From Desulfobacterales bacterium (GTDB lineage: Bacteria > Desulfobacterota > Desulfobacteria > Desulfobacterales > UBA5852): a DNA stretch of 64,000 nucleotides. The notes under the pieces were generated by a model. It worked only from the letters and a program-made list of their open reading frames with translations. It searched no databases and was not told the origin of the DNA. The DNA lies in NCBI GenBank assembly GCA_963674755.2, contig CAXXVS010000003.1, positions 640,001 to 704,000 on the forward strand. Direction: 5' to 3'. The translations under genes were made by a program, and so were the position numbers. The first letter of the stretch is position 1. Each line of letters opens with the position of its first letter. Below are positions 28,728 through 37,526 of the stretch, in pieces.

Positions 28728-31454
28728 ATGATCGGCATCACCTCTTACGGCGCTTATACCCCCCGCCTGCGGCTGAGTCGGGCGGCCATCGTGCAGAGCA
28801 TGGGCTGGTTCGCCCCGGCCATCATGGCGGTGGCCCAGGGCGAGCGCGCCATGTGCAACTGGGATGAAGACACCCTCACCATGGCAGTGGCGGCTTCTCG
28901 TGACTGTTTGAAAGGCGTGGATAAAAAAGAACTGGACGGACTTTACCTGGCCTCCACCACCCTGCCTTTTGCCGACCGGCAGAACGCGGGCATCGTAGCG
29001 GCCGCCCTGAATCTGAATCGCCAGCTGGTAACGGCCGATTTTACGGCGTCCCTCAAGGCCGGCACCACGGCCCTCATGACCGCCCTGGAAACGGTCAAGA
29101 GCGGCGAGCGCCGCAACGTGCTGGTCACCGCCGGCGACAGCCGCCAGACCAAGACGGCCTACTTTTACGAAATGTGGTTCGGGGATGGCGCCGCCGCCTT
29201 CTGCGTGGGCGCTGAAAACGTGATTGCCGCCTACAAAGGGGGCTATACCGTATCCTGCGATTTCGTGGACCACTACCGCGGCGCGGACCGGCGTTTCGAC
29301 TACATGTGGGAAGAACGCTGGGTGCGGGATGCGGGCTATTCCAAGCTGATTCCCGAGGCGGTCCAAGGTCTCCTGCAAAAGACCGGGATGACGATGACGG
29401 ATGTGGATCGCCTGGTTTTCCCCTGCTTCTTCAAGGCGGAGCACCGCAAGATCGCCAAACAGTTGGGCGCGGCCCCGGAGAAGGTCGTGGACAACCTGCA
29501 TGAGGTCTGCGGCGAAACCGGGGCGGCCCATCCCTTCCTCATGATGACCCGGGCCCTGGAAGAGGCCCGGCCCGGGGAGCGCATCGTCGTGGTGGGCTTC
29601 GGCCAGGGTGCCCAGGCCCTGTGCTTCGAGGTGACCGAGCAGATCGACGAGCTGGCGCCCCGCAACGGGTTGAAGGGCACCCTGGAAAACCGCAAAGCCA
29701 CCGACAACTATCCCAAGTTTCTCAAATTCCGTGATCTCATCCAAACCGAAATGGGCATTCGGGCCGAGGCCCCCACCCAGACGGCGACGACCGTGCTTTA
29801 CCGCAAAAACAAGATGATCCTGGGCCTGGTGGGAGGCCGCTGCCGGGAGTGCGGCACGCCCCAGTTTCCCAAGGCGGATATCTGTGTCAATCCGGCCTGC
29901 GGCGCCTATCACAGCCAGGACGATTACGAATTTGCCGACGTGCCGGCCTCGGTCAAGACCTTCACCGGCGACATGCTCTCCGTGTCCGTGGATCCCCCGG
30001 CCATCTATGGCATGGTGCAGTTCGAAGGCGGGGGACGCTTTATGGCGGATTTTACGGACTGCGAGTTGGGCGAGCTGAAGGTGGGCTTGCCCGTGCGGAT
30101 GGCATTCAAGCGCAAGGGCGTGGACCGGGAGCGGGGCTTCAGCAATTACTTCTGGAAGGCGGTGCCCGTGCCCGGTGCGGCCGAGGCCATGAACCGCATC
30201 GACTTCGAAGGCCGGGTGGCTATCGTGACAGGGGCCGGCGGCGGCCTGGGCCGGGCCTATGCCCTGGAGCTGGCCCGCCGGGGGGCCAAGGTGGTGGTGA
30301 ACGATCTGGGCGGGTCCCGGGACGGCTCCGGTGAGGGCTCCAGTACGCCGGCGGCCAAGGTGGTGGCGGAGATCGAAGCCATCGGCGGCCAGGCCGTGGC
30401 CAACGATGACAACGTGGCCACCCCGGAGGGGGGCGAGGCCATCGTCCAGAGCGCGCTGGCGGCCTTCGGCACGGTGGACATCGTGATCAACAACGCGGGC
30501 ATCCTGCGGGACAAGAGTTTCCTTAAGATGGAACCGGCGAACTGGCAGGCGGTGTTAGGCGTTCATCTGAACGGGGCCTACCATGTGACGCGGCCGGCCT
30601 ATGCGGTGATGAAGGCGAAGGGCTACGGGCGCATCGTGATGACCACTTCGGCCGCCGGATTATACGGTAACTTCGGCCAGACCAACTATTCGGCGGCCAA
30701 GATGGGCCTGGTGGGCCTGATGAACACGCTCAAGCTGGAGGGGGCCAAATACGGGGTCAAGGTGAACACGGTGGCGCCCCTGGCGGCCTCACGCTTGACC
30801 GAGGACGTCATGCCGCCGGAGATCTTCGCCAAGATGAAGCCGGAGTTCGTGGTGCCCATGGTGGTATACCTCTGCAGCGAACAATGCGAGGGCACGGGCC
30901 AGATCTTCAACGCCGGCATGGGGTATTTCAACCGGGCGGCCGTGGCCACCGGGCCGGGCGCCCAGTTGGGCACGCCGGAAAAGCCCCCCACTCTGGAAGA
31001 CATCGAGGCCCACTGGGCGACCATCAACGATCTTAAAGCCGGCAAGGAGATCAACGATGCCACCGCAGCGCTTATGGATCTCCTGGCGCCGCCGGCTCCG
31101 GCCGCTGAGGACACCGCCCCCAAAACGGATGCCCCTGATGTGGCGGAAATCTTCAGTCGCATGCCGGAGGCCTTCCAGGCGGACAAAGCCGCCGAGGTGG
31201 AAGCGGTCTTTCAATACTGCATCACCGGCCCCGGGGGCGGGGACTGGCAGGTCACGATCACGGACGCGCAATGCCGGGTAACGGCCGGCAAAGCGGACAA
31301 ACCCACCTGCACCCTGATCATCGGGGCCGGCGATTTCGCCGACATGATCGGCGGCCGCCTGGATCCCATGCAGGCCTTTACCTCGGGCAAGCTCAGGATC
31401 GAAGGCGACGTCATGAAGTCGCAGCTCATCGGCCAGCTTTTCAAGATTGCTTAA
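28728..31454 (+). CDS. HMG-CoA-synthase-like / DUF35 zinc-ribbon-OB-fold / SDR / SCP2 fusion
   Basis: IGITSYGAYTP...DEDTLTMAV thiolase fold, CRECG...CVNPAC ribbon with OB fold, SDR motifs, C-terminal SCP2. Confidence 0.88.
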   Translation: MIGITSYGAYTPRLRLSRAAIVQSMGWFAPAIMAVAQGERAMCNWDEDTLTMAVAASRDCLKGVDKKELDGLYLASTTLPFADRQNAGIVAAALNLNRQLVTADFTASLKAGTTALMTALETVKSGERRNVLVTAGDSRQTKTAYFYEMWFGDGAAAFCVGAENVIAAYKGGYTVSCDFVDHYRGADRRFDYMWEERWVRDAGYSKLIPEAVQGLLQKTGMTMTDVDRLVFPCFFKAEHRKIAKQLGAAPEKVVDNLHEVCGETGAAHPFLMMTRALEEARPGERIVVVGFGQGAQALCFEVTEQIDELAPRNGLKGTLENRKATDNYPKFLKFRDLIQTEMGIRAEAPTQTATTVLYRKNKMILGLVGGRCRECGTPQFPKADICVNPACGAYHSQDDYEFADVPASVKTFTGDMLSVSVDPPAIYGMVQFEGGGRFMADFTDCELGELKVGLPVRMAFKRKGVDRERGFSNYFWKAVPVPGAAEAMNRIDFEGRVAIVTGAGGGLGRAYALELARRGAKVVVNDLGGSRDGSGEGSSTPAAKVVAEIEAIGGQAVANDDNVATPEGGEAIVQSALAAFGTVDIVINNAGILRDKSFLKMEPANWQAVLGVHLNGAYHVTRPAYAVMKAKGYGRIVMTTSAAGLYGNFGQTNYSAAKMGLVGLMNTLKLEGAKYGVKVNTVAPLAASRLTEDVMPPEIFAKMKPEFVVPMVVYLCSEQCEGTGQIFNAGMGYFNRAAVATGPGAQLGTPEKPPTLEDIEAHWATINDLKAGKEINDATAALMDLLAPPAPAAEDTAPKTDAPDVAEIFSRMPEAFQADKAAEVEAVFQYCITGPGGGDWQVTITDAQCRVTAGKADKPTCTLIIGAGDFADMIGGRLDPMQAFTSGKLRIEGDVMKSQLIGQLFKIA
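30266..30822 (+). repeat. Near-identical direct repeat (SDR coding block), copy 2
   Basis: Matches 27470-28026. Confidence 0.92.
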
Positions 31455-31467
31455 AGGGAGGTATCAC

Positions 31468-32679
31468 ATGGCTACCGGCATCAAAGATAAAGTCGCCATC
31501 ATCGGCATGGGCTGCACCCAATTCGGCGAACGCTGGGAGGTGGGCGCCGAGGAGCTCATGGTGGAAGCCTTCGAGGAGTGCCTTGCCGATGCGGGCATTG
31601 CCAAAAACGATATCGAAGCGGCCTGGATGGGCACCTGTTTCGACGAGATCAGCGTGGGCAAGAGCGCTCTGCCCCTTGCCATCAGCCTGCGGCTGCCCTT
31701 CATCCCGGTGACCCGGGTGGAGAATTTTTGCGCCACCGGCACCGAGGCCTTCCGGGGCGCGGTCTACGCCGTGGCCTCGGGCGCCTACGACATCTGTCTG
31801 GCCATGGGCGTGGAAAAGCTGAAAGACACGGGCTATGGCGGGCTGCCCAGCTTCGTGGGCTCCAATGCGGGCAGTCTCAACTGGCAGTGGTTTCCCAACC
31901 TGACAGCTCCCGGAACCTTTGCCCAGCTGGCTTCGGCCTATGCCGCCAAATACCGCATCAAGGATCAGGACCTCAAGCGGGCCATGGCCCACGTGTCTGC
32001 CAAAAGCCATGCCAACGGGGTGCTCAACCCCAAGGCCCACCTGCGCAAGGCCGTCAGCGAGGAGCAGGTCATGGCCGCCCCCATCATTGCCCACCCTCTG
32101 GGCCTGTTCGACTGCTGCGGGGTGAGTGACGGGGCGGCCTGCGCCATCGTGACGACTCCCGAGATCGCCGCCAAACTGGGCAAGAAGAATATCGTCTCCG
32201 TAAAGTCCCTGCAACTGGCCTTAAGCAATGGGGAGGAGATGGGGTACAACGACTGGGACGGGGAGCATTTCGTCACCACCAGCAAGGCCAGCACGAAGGC
32301 CTACCAGGAAGCCGGCATCGCCAATCCCCGGGAGGAGATCAGCATGATGGAAGTGCACGACTGCTTTTCCATCACCGAGCTGGTGACCATGGAGGACCTG
32401 CATATCTCCGAGCGGGGCCGGGCCGTATTCGACATCATGGACGGGTTCTACGACCGGGACGGGCAGGTGCCCTGCCAGGTGGACGGGGGACTCAAATGCT
32501 TCGGCCACCCCATCGGCGCCTCCGGCCTGCGTATGCTCTATGAGATGTACCTCCAGTTCCACGGCCGGGCCGGGGAGCGCCAGCTGGAAGATCCCAAATT
32601 CGGATTGACCCACAACCTGGGTGGCTTCCCCCAGATGAACGTCTGCTCGATTGCCATCCTGGGGCGCTATGGGGCTTAG
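31468..32679 (+). CDS. SCP2-type thiolase (acetyl-CoA C-acyltransferase family)
   Basis: VENFCATG, SDGAAC, EVHDCF, GHPIGASG, HNLGG. Confidence 0.92.
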   Translation: MATGIKDKVAIIGMGCTQFGERWEVGAEELMVEAFEECLADAGIAKNDIEAAWMGTCFDEISVGKSALPLAISLRLPFIPVTRVENFCATGTEAFRGAVYAVASGAYDICLAMGVEKLKDTGYGGLPSFVGSNAGSLNWQWFPNLTAPGTFAQLASAYAAKYRIKDQDLKRAMAHVSAKSHANGVLNPKAHLRKAVSEEQVMAAPIIAHPLGLFDCCGVSDGAACAIVTTPEIAAKLGKKNIVSVKSLQLALSNGEEMGYNDWDGEHFVTTSKASTKAYQEAGIANPREEISMMEVHDCFSITELVTMEDLHISERGRAVFDIMDGFYDRDGQVPCQVDGGLKCFGHPIGASGLRMLYEMYLQFHGRAGERQLEDPKFGLTHNLGGFPQMNVCSIAILGRYGA

Positions 32680-32682
32680 ACC

Positions 32683-32847
32683 GTTCATCCAGAAACGGCA
32701 TCTTGTGGCCCAGGTTTGCGTTCTCGCGTTTTTGAAATCCTTGACGTAGCCCTAACTACGCGACGCTGACGCTCATACGGCTACGCCGTCGGTTTCAAAA
32801 GTGCTGCGGCCTTGGCCTGAACCAAAATCTACCCTTTCTGGATGAAC
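32683..32847 (+). repeat. Long imperfect palindromic repeat, family 1 copy 3
   Basis: GTTCATCCAGAAA...TTTCTGGATGAAC termini; TGGCCC/GAACCA, GCGTT/GCCTTG, ACGTAGC/GCTACG core. Confidence 0.8.
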
Positions 32848-32999
32848 TTCAATTCTATGCGTGTCACCATGAGTGTTGTAATCGTCAATCATTGTGCAAT
32901 CGGTTCGAGATGAAGAGGTGAGCATTTTCACAGTGATGTCATGATGAATTCGAGGCAGTATCGTATTACTTTACAGCTGATTCACCGGGAATCTTGAAA

Positions 33000-33329
33000 A
33001 TGCTGGAAATGACCGTCATACCCGATTCCGCCGTGGCGGACATCTTTGCTTCCAAATGCTGCGGGGGCGGACTGCCGGATCAGAATTTGGAGATCCGGAT
33101 CGCCAACCGGGGCGAGGCGGCCGTTGCTCTCCAGAGCCGCTTCCGGTTGGAGGGGACGGGCGGCCGCCGGATTGCTCCGGGCGAGGTGGCTGCGCTCTAT
33201 GCGGACATGGACCCGGCGCTTTTAGCCAGATTCCAGGTGATCGTTCTATTTGATGATGGTGGCAAGACGCATCGTTTCCCCCTCGCCGGCGGCGCGGAAA
33301 TCCCGGCTGTCCCGGAGAAAGGCGCCTGA
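33000..33329 (+). CDS. Hypothetical protein
   Basis: About 109-aa ORF ending 2 nt before the next gene; no family recognised. Confidence 0.5.
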   Translation: MLEMTVIPDSAVADIFASKCCGGGLPDQNLEIRIANRGEAAVALQSRFRLEGTGGRRIAPGEVAALYADMDPALLARFQVIVLFDDGGKTHRFPLAGGAEIPAVPEKGA

Positions 33330-33331
33330 CC

Positions 33332-33781
33332 ATGCTGCTGACCCCCGAAGAAGCCCAAGCGTTTATGGAGAAACCTTTTGCCTTCGTAGAACGCGCCGGT
33401 GTGAAGGCCGTCGTCATGGAACCCCGGCGGATCAAGCTATGGCTTCCGCTGGAAGGCAATACCAACCACATCGGCTCCATCTATGCCGGCGCCCTTTTCA
33501 CGGTGGCTGAGCTCCCGGGGGGCGCGTTGTTCCTGACCACCTTTGACGTCACACGCTTTTATCCGGTGCTTAAAGCCATGAATATCCGTTACCGGCGGCC
33601 GGCGTTTACGGATGTGACCGTAGACGTTTCCCTGACGGAAGAGGAAGCCCAACGCATCGCCGAGGAAGCCGAACGTCTGGGAAAGTCCGAATTCACGCTG
33701 AACGTGGAAGTCTTGGACGCGGACGACCGCGTGGTGGCGGAAACCGAAGGCATCTATCAGTTGCGCAAGACAGAGGCGTAA
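33332..33781 (+). CDS. Hotdog-fold thioesterase (PaaI/YiiD C-terminal-like)
   Basis: GNTNHIGSIYAGALFTVAE, IRYRRPA. Confidence 0.85.
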   Translation: MLLTPEEAQAFMEKPFAFVERAGVKAVVMEPRRIKLWLPLEGNTNHIGSIYAGALFTVAELPGGALFLTTFDVTRFYPVLKAMNIRYRRPAFTDVTVDVSLTEEEAQRIAEEAERLGKSEFTLNVEVLDADDRVVAETEGIYQLRKTEA

Positions 33782-33817
33782 CCCGATCACGAACCACCCA
33801 CCATTTTAGAGGTCTCT

Positions 33818-34960
33818 ATGAACATTCTGCAATATACGGCCGAACACGACGCCTTTCGCAACCAGCTGCGCGAATTTCTGGCCAGGGAAGCGATACCCTA
33901 TGCCGACCAGTGGGAAATGGATCGCATCGTTCCCCGGGAGCTTTGGCGCAAGATGGGTCAGGCCGGTTATTTATGCATGGACGTGCCTCCGGAATACGGG
34001 GGGGCGGGGCGCGATTTTCTCTATTCCGTCATCGTGACCGAAGAACTTTCCCGCACGGGCATTACCGGTATTGCCGCCGCCCTGCACAGCGATATCGTGG
34101 TGCCCTATATTTCCGCTTTCGGAACGGAGGCGCAAAAACAGCGTTATCTTCCGGGCTGCATCAACGGTGAGATCGTCACGGCCATCGCCATGACCGAACC
34201 GGATGCGGGCAGCGATCTGGCGAGTGTCCGTACCCTGGCGGAGGAAGACGGCGACATGGTGGTGCTCAACGGCGCCAAGACGTTTATCTCCAATGCCCTG
34301 CTCTGCGATCTGGTGATCGTGGCGGCCCGGGATGCGGATCTCGACAACCCCCACCTGGGGCTTTCCCTCTACCTGGTGGAGGACGGCAGCGAGGGCTTCA
34401 AGCGGGGCCGTCATCTGAAGAAAATGGGATGGCACAGCCAGGACACGGCCGAGCTGTTTTTTACCAACTGCCGGATACCGGCGGCCAACCGTCTGGGGGC
34501 CAAGGGCTACGGATTCATCATGATGATGGAAAAACTTCAGCAGGAACGCATCATCGCGTCGCTGGGGGCGGTGGCGGCGGCCGAGCGGATCATGGAGTGG
34601 GTGCGGGCCTTCTGCGCCGCCCACAAGGAAGGCGACCGCCCCCTGATCAAGCGCCAGGCCGTGCAGTTTGCCATCGTGGAAATGACCACCGAAGTCAAGC
34701 TCGGGCGCACCTTTATCGACAAGCTGGTGGCCGACCACATGGAGGGGCAGAACGTGGTGGTGGAGACCTCCATGGCCAAGTACTGGACCACCGAGATGGT
34801 CAAACGGGTGGCGGACCGCGCGATGGACCTGCTGGGCCCCCACGGCATACGCGACGACCACCCCATCGTCCGGGCCTTCCGGGATGTGCGGGTGATGTCG
34901 ATCTTTGCCGGGACCAATGAGATCATGAAGGGCATTGCGGCCAAATTCATGCGATTATAG
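33818..34960 (+). CDS. Acyl-CoA dehydrogenase (LCAD-like)
   Basis: AMTEPDAGSD, GAKTFISN, IFAGTNEIMK. Confidence 0.94.
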   Translation: MNILQYTAEHDAFRNQLREFLAREAIPYADQWEMDRIVPRELWRKMGQAGYLCMDVPPEYGGAGRDFLYSVIVTEELSRTGITGIAAALHSDIVVPYISAFGTEAQKQRYLPGCINGEIVTAIAMTEPDAGSDLASVRTLAEEDGDMVVLNGAKTFISNALLCDLVIVAARDADLDNPHLGLSLYLVEDGSEGFKRGRHLKKMGWHSQDTAELFFTNCRIPAANRLGAKGYGFIMMMEKLQQERIIASLGAVAAAERIMEWVRAFCAAHKEGDRPLIKRQAVQFAIVEMTTEVKLGRTFIDKLVADHMEGQNVVVETSMAKYWTTEMVKRVADRAMDLLGPHGIRDDHPIVRAFRDVRVMSIFAGTNEIMKGIAAKFMRL

Positions 34961-35103
34961 CATCCACTCCAGGAATGGTCTTTTTGGCCCTGATCTTCGT
35001 TCTCCTCGGGTTTAGCGGCTGCGGCGTACTGGCGTACGCCTCACCGCAAACCCTCGTCGGGCCTCGATCAGAACCAAAAATCCTCATTCCTGAAGAGGAT
35101 GCT
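34959..35103 (+). repeat. Long imperfect palindromic repeat, family 1 copy 4
   Basis: AGCATCC..CAGGAATG...CATTCCTG..GGATGCT termini; TGGCCC/GAACCA, CGTT/GCCTCG, GGCGTAC/GTACGCC core; overlaps the upstream stop codon. Confidence 0.8.
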
Positions 35104-35217
35104 GGCGGAGCGCGGCGATAATAAGATAATGGTTCGCCTTGCCTGACAGGCAAAGTCAGGTTTGGATAGATTCTTCTCTGACCATGCAACTTTATTGAAG
35201 ATTTGGAGGCGGGAAAA

Positions 35218-37071
35218 ATGGCCCAAGTCATTGCCGATCGCCGGGATGTGGATTTTGTGCTTTACGAGCAGCTGGAGGCCGAAACCCTTTGCGGTCATGC
35301 GGCCTACCGCGAATTCAACCGCAAGACCTTCGACCTGATCATCGATGAGGCCCGCCAGCTGGCTGTCAAGGAGATCCTGCCGACTTTAGCCGAGGGGGAC
35401 CGGGAGGGGTTGCTATTTGAAAATGGGCAAGTGCGGGTGCCGGACTGTTTCCGGCGGCCCTACAAGCTGTTTATCGAGGGGGAATGGACGGCCCTCACGG
35501 CTGATCCCGACCTTGGGGGGCAGGGGCTGCCGTATCTCGTGGCCCAGGCGGTGACGGACTATCAACTGGGGGCCAACTACGCCTTTACTCTCTTCGGTTT
35601 CGGCTGCGTGGGGGCCGGTGAGATGATCGAGATCTTCGGCACGGAGGAGCAGAAGAAGCTTTTCCTGAAGAAGATGTATACCGGACAGTGGGCCGGCACC
35701 ATGGTGCTGACCGAGCCCGAAGCCGGCTCGGATGTGGGGGCCCTGACCACCTCGGCCCGTAAGCAACCCGACGGGACCTATCTGATTGCGGGCAACAAAA
35801 TCTTCATCAGCGGTGGCGAGCACGACCTGACCGAAAACATCATCCATCCGGTCCTGGCGCGCATTGAGGGGGCCCCGGCCGGCATCAAGGGCATCTCCCT
35901 GTTCATCGTTCCCAAGATTTGGGTCAACCCGGACGGTTCTTTGGGGGCACCCAACGACGTGGTCTGCACCGGCATCGAGGAGAAGATGGGCATCCATGCC
36001 AGCCCCACCTGCTCGCTATCCTTCGGCAGCAAAGGGCAGTGCCGGGGCCTGCTGCTGGGGGAGGAGCACCGGGGCATGAAGGTCATGTTTCACATGATGA
36101 ATGCGGCCCGGCTGCTGGTGGGGGCCATCGGTTTCACCAGCGCCTCGGCGGCCTACCTGTACGCCCTCAACTACGCCCGGGAGCGACGCCAGGGGCGGGA
36201 TCTGGAAAAGACCTTCGAGCCGGACGCCCCCCAGGTGCCGATCATCCGCCACCCGGATGTGCGCCGCATGCTCATGTGGATGAAGGTTCACGTGGAAGGC
36301 ATGCGCAGCCTCCTTTACTACGGGGCCCTGCTGATCGACAAGATCAAGTGCGCCGCCGACGATGCGGAACGCGCCTATCACCAGGGCCTGCTGGATTTGC
36401 TGACGCCGGTGATCAAGGCCTACTGCACCGACCGGGGCTTTGAGGTCTGCTCCGAGGCCGTCCAGGTCTACGGCGGCTACGGCTACACCCGGGAATACCC
36501 GGTGGAGCAGCTCCTGCGGGATGTGCGCATCGCTTCCATCTATGAGGGCACCAACGGGATCCAGGCCATGGACCTGCTGGGCCGTAAGATCGGCATGCAA
36601 AAGGGACAGGTCTTCATGAACTTCATGGGCGAAGTCAACCGGATCGTGGCCCGCGCCCGGGAAATAGACGCCCTGGCCGATTTGGCGGACAAGGTGGAAA
36701 AGGCCCTCAACCGGCTGGGCGAAACGGCCATGCACCTGGGGCAGACCGCCATGAGCGCACAGTTCCGCACAGCCTTCGCCCATGCCACGCCGTTCCAGGA
36801 AACCATGGGGGACGTGGTCATGGCCTGGATGCTGCTCTGGCGGGCCGTCGTTGCCGCGCCGCAGTTGGAAACGCTGCTGGCGGATCTGGATGAAGATGCC
36901 CGGCAGGAAAAAATCGCCAGCCATAGGAACGCCGCTTTCTACCACGGTCAAATTCTCTCGGCGCGCTACTTTATCAACAGCCTGCTGCCCGTAACCCACG
37001 GCAAGATGGACGCCATCCTGGCGACCGAAACCGCGGTGGTGGCTATGCCGGAGGCCGGTTTTGGCGGCTGA
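35218..37071 (+). CDS. Long acyl-CoA dehydrogenase
   Basis: LTEPEAGSD, KIFISGGEHD, EEKMGIH, GGYGY, IYEGTNGIQAMDL. Confidence 0.94.
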   Translation: MAQVIADRRDVDFVLYEQLEAETLCGHAAYREFNRKTFDLIIDEARQLAVKEILPTLAEGDREGLLFENGQVRVPDCFRRPYKLFIEGEWTALTADPDLGGQGLPYLVAQAVTDYQLGANYAFTLFGFGCVGAGEMIEIFGTEEQKKLFLKKMYTGQWAGTMVLTEPEAGSDVGALTTSARKQPDGTYLIAGNKIFISGGEHDLTENIIHPVLARIEGAPAGIKGISLFIVPKIWVNPDGSLGAPNDVVCTGIEEKMGIHASPTCSLSFGSKGQCRGLLLGEEHRGMKVMFHMMNAARLLVGAIGFTSASAAYLYALNYARERRQGRDLEKTFEPDAPQVPIIRHPDVRRMLMWMKVHVEGMRSLLYYGALLIDKIKCAADDAERAYHQGLLDLLTPVIKAYCTDRGFEVCSEAVQVYGGYGYTREYPVEQLLRDVRIASIYEGTNGIQAMDLLGRKIGMQKGQVFMNFMGEVNRIVARAREIDALADLADKVEKALNRLGETAMHLGQTAMSAQFRTAFAHATPFQETMGDVVMAWMLLWRAVVAAPQLETLLADLDEDARQEKIASHRNAAFYHGQILSARYFINSLLPVTHGKMDAILATETAVVAMPEAGFGG

Positions 37072-37384
37072 TTCCCTGTACCGGCGGCCTTGAGTTTCCG
37101 ATTGGGGAACGGGCCCTTTGATCCGCATTGCTCGGACGTGCTCCACCGCAACCCTGACCAACGTCGTTCGACACCTTTTGCTGCATGTCCCTGGTGAGGG
37201 GGCTCTTTCAGGCGTGGCGCTCCGGCTGACGATGCCGGAAAGGGCCTTCTTCCCACCCCGTTCACGGGTGACAGACGCCCCAACGTTGTAACCCCATCCG
37301 CCCCGGGACGTCCTGTTTTTAATCCCCTGCGGTCTTCTTCCATACTAAATTCTGTAATTTTCATGCCTTAGCCGGACTTCGGAT

Positions 37385-37411
37385 TAAAGCCGTCCGCAAA
37401 ATGACCGATAA
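37385..37411 (+). promoter_or_regulatory. Putative sigma-28 (FliA) promoter
   Basis: TAAA-15 nt-ACCGATAA, one mismatch to TAAA-N15-GCCGATAA. Confidence 0.65.
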
Positions 37412-37526
37412 GGGAAGCAGATGCCGACCCCTGGATGGACCGTCGCGGCCCGGATCGCGCGGGTGATTTACGATTCCCGGAAAGCGGCTCAACGTGTCAG
37501 GCAACCCCATATGATGTGAGACCTAG

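Noticed and set aside
37075..37526. c-di-GMP riboswitch upstream of the putative EPS operon
   Set aside because: No GEMM-I or GEMM-II consensus is visible.
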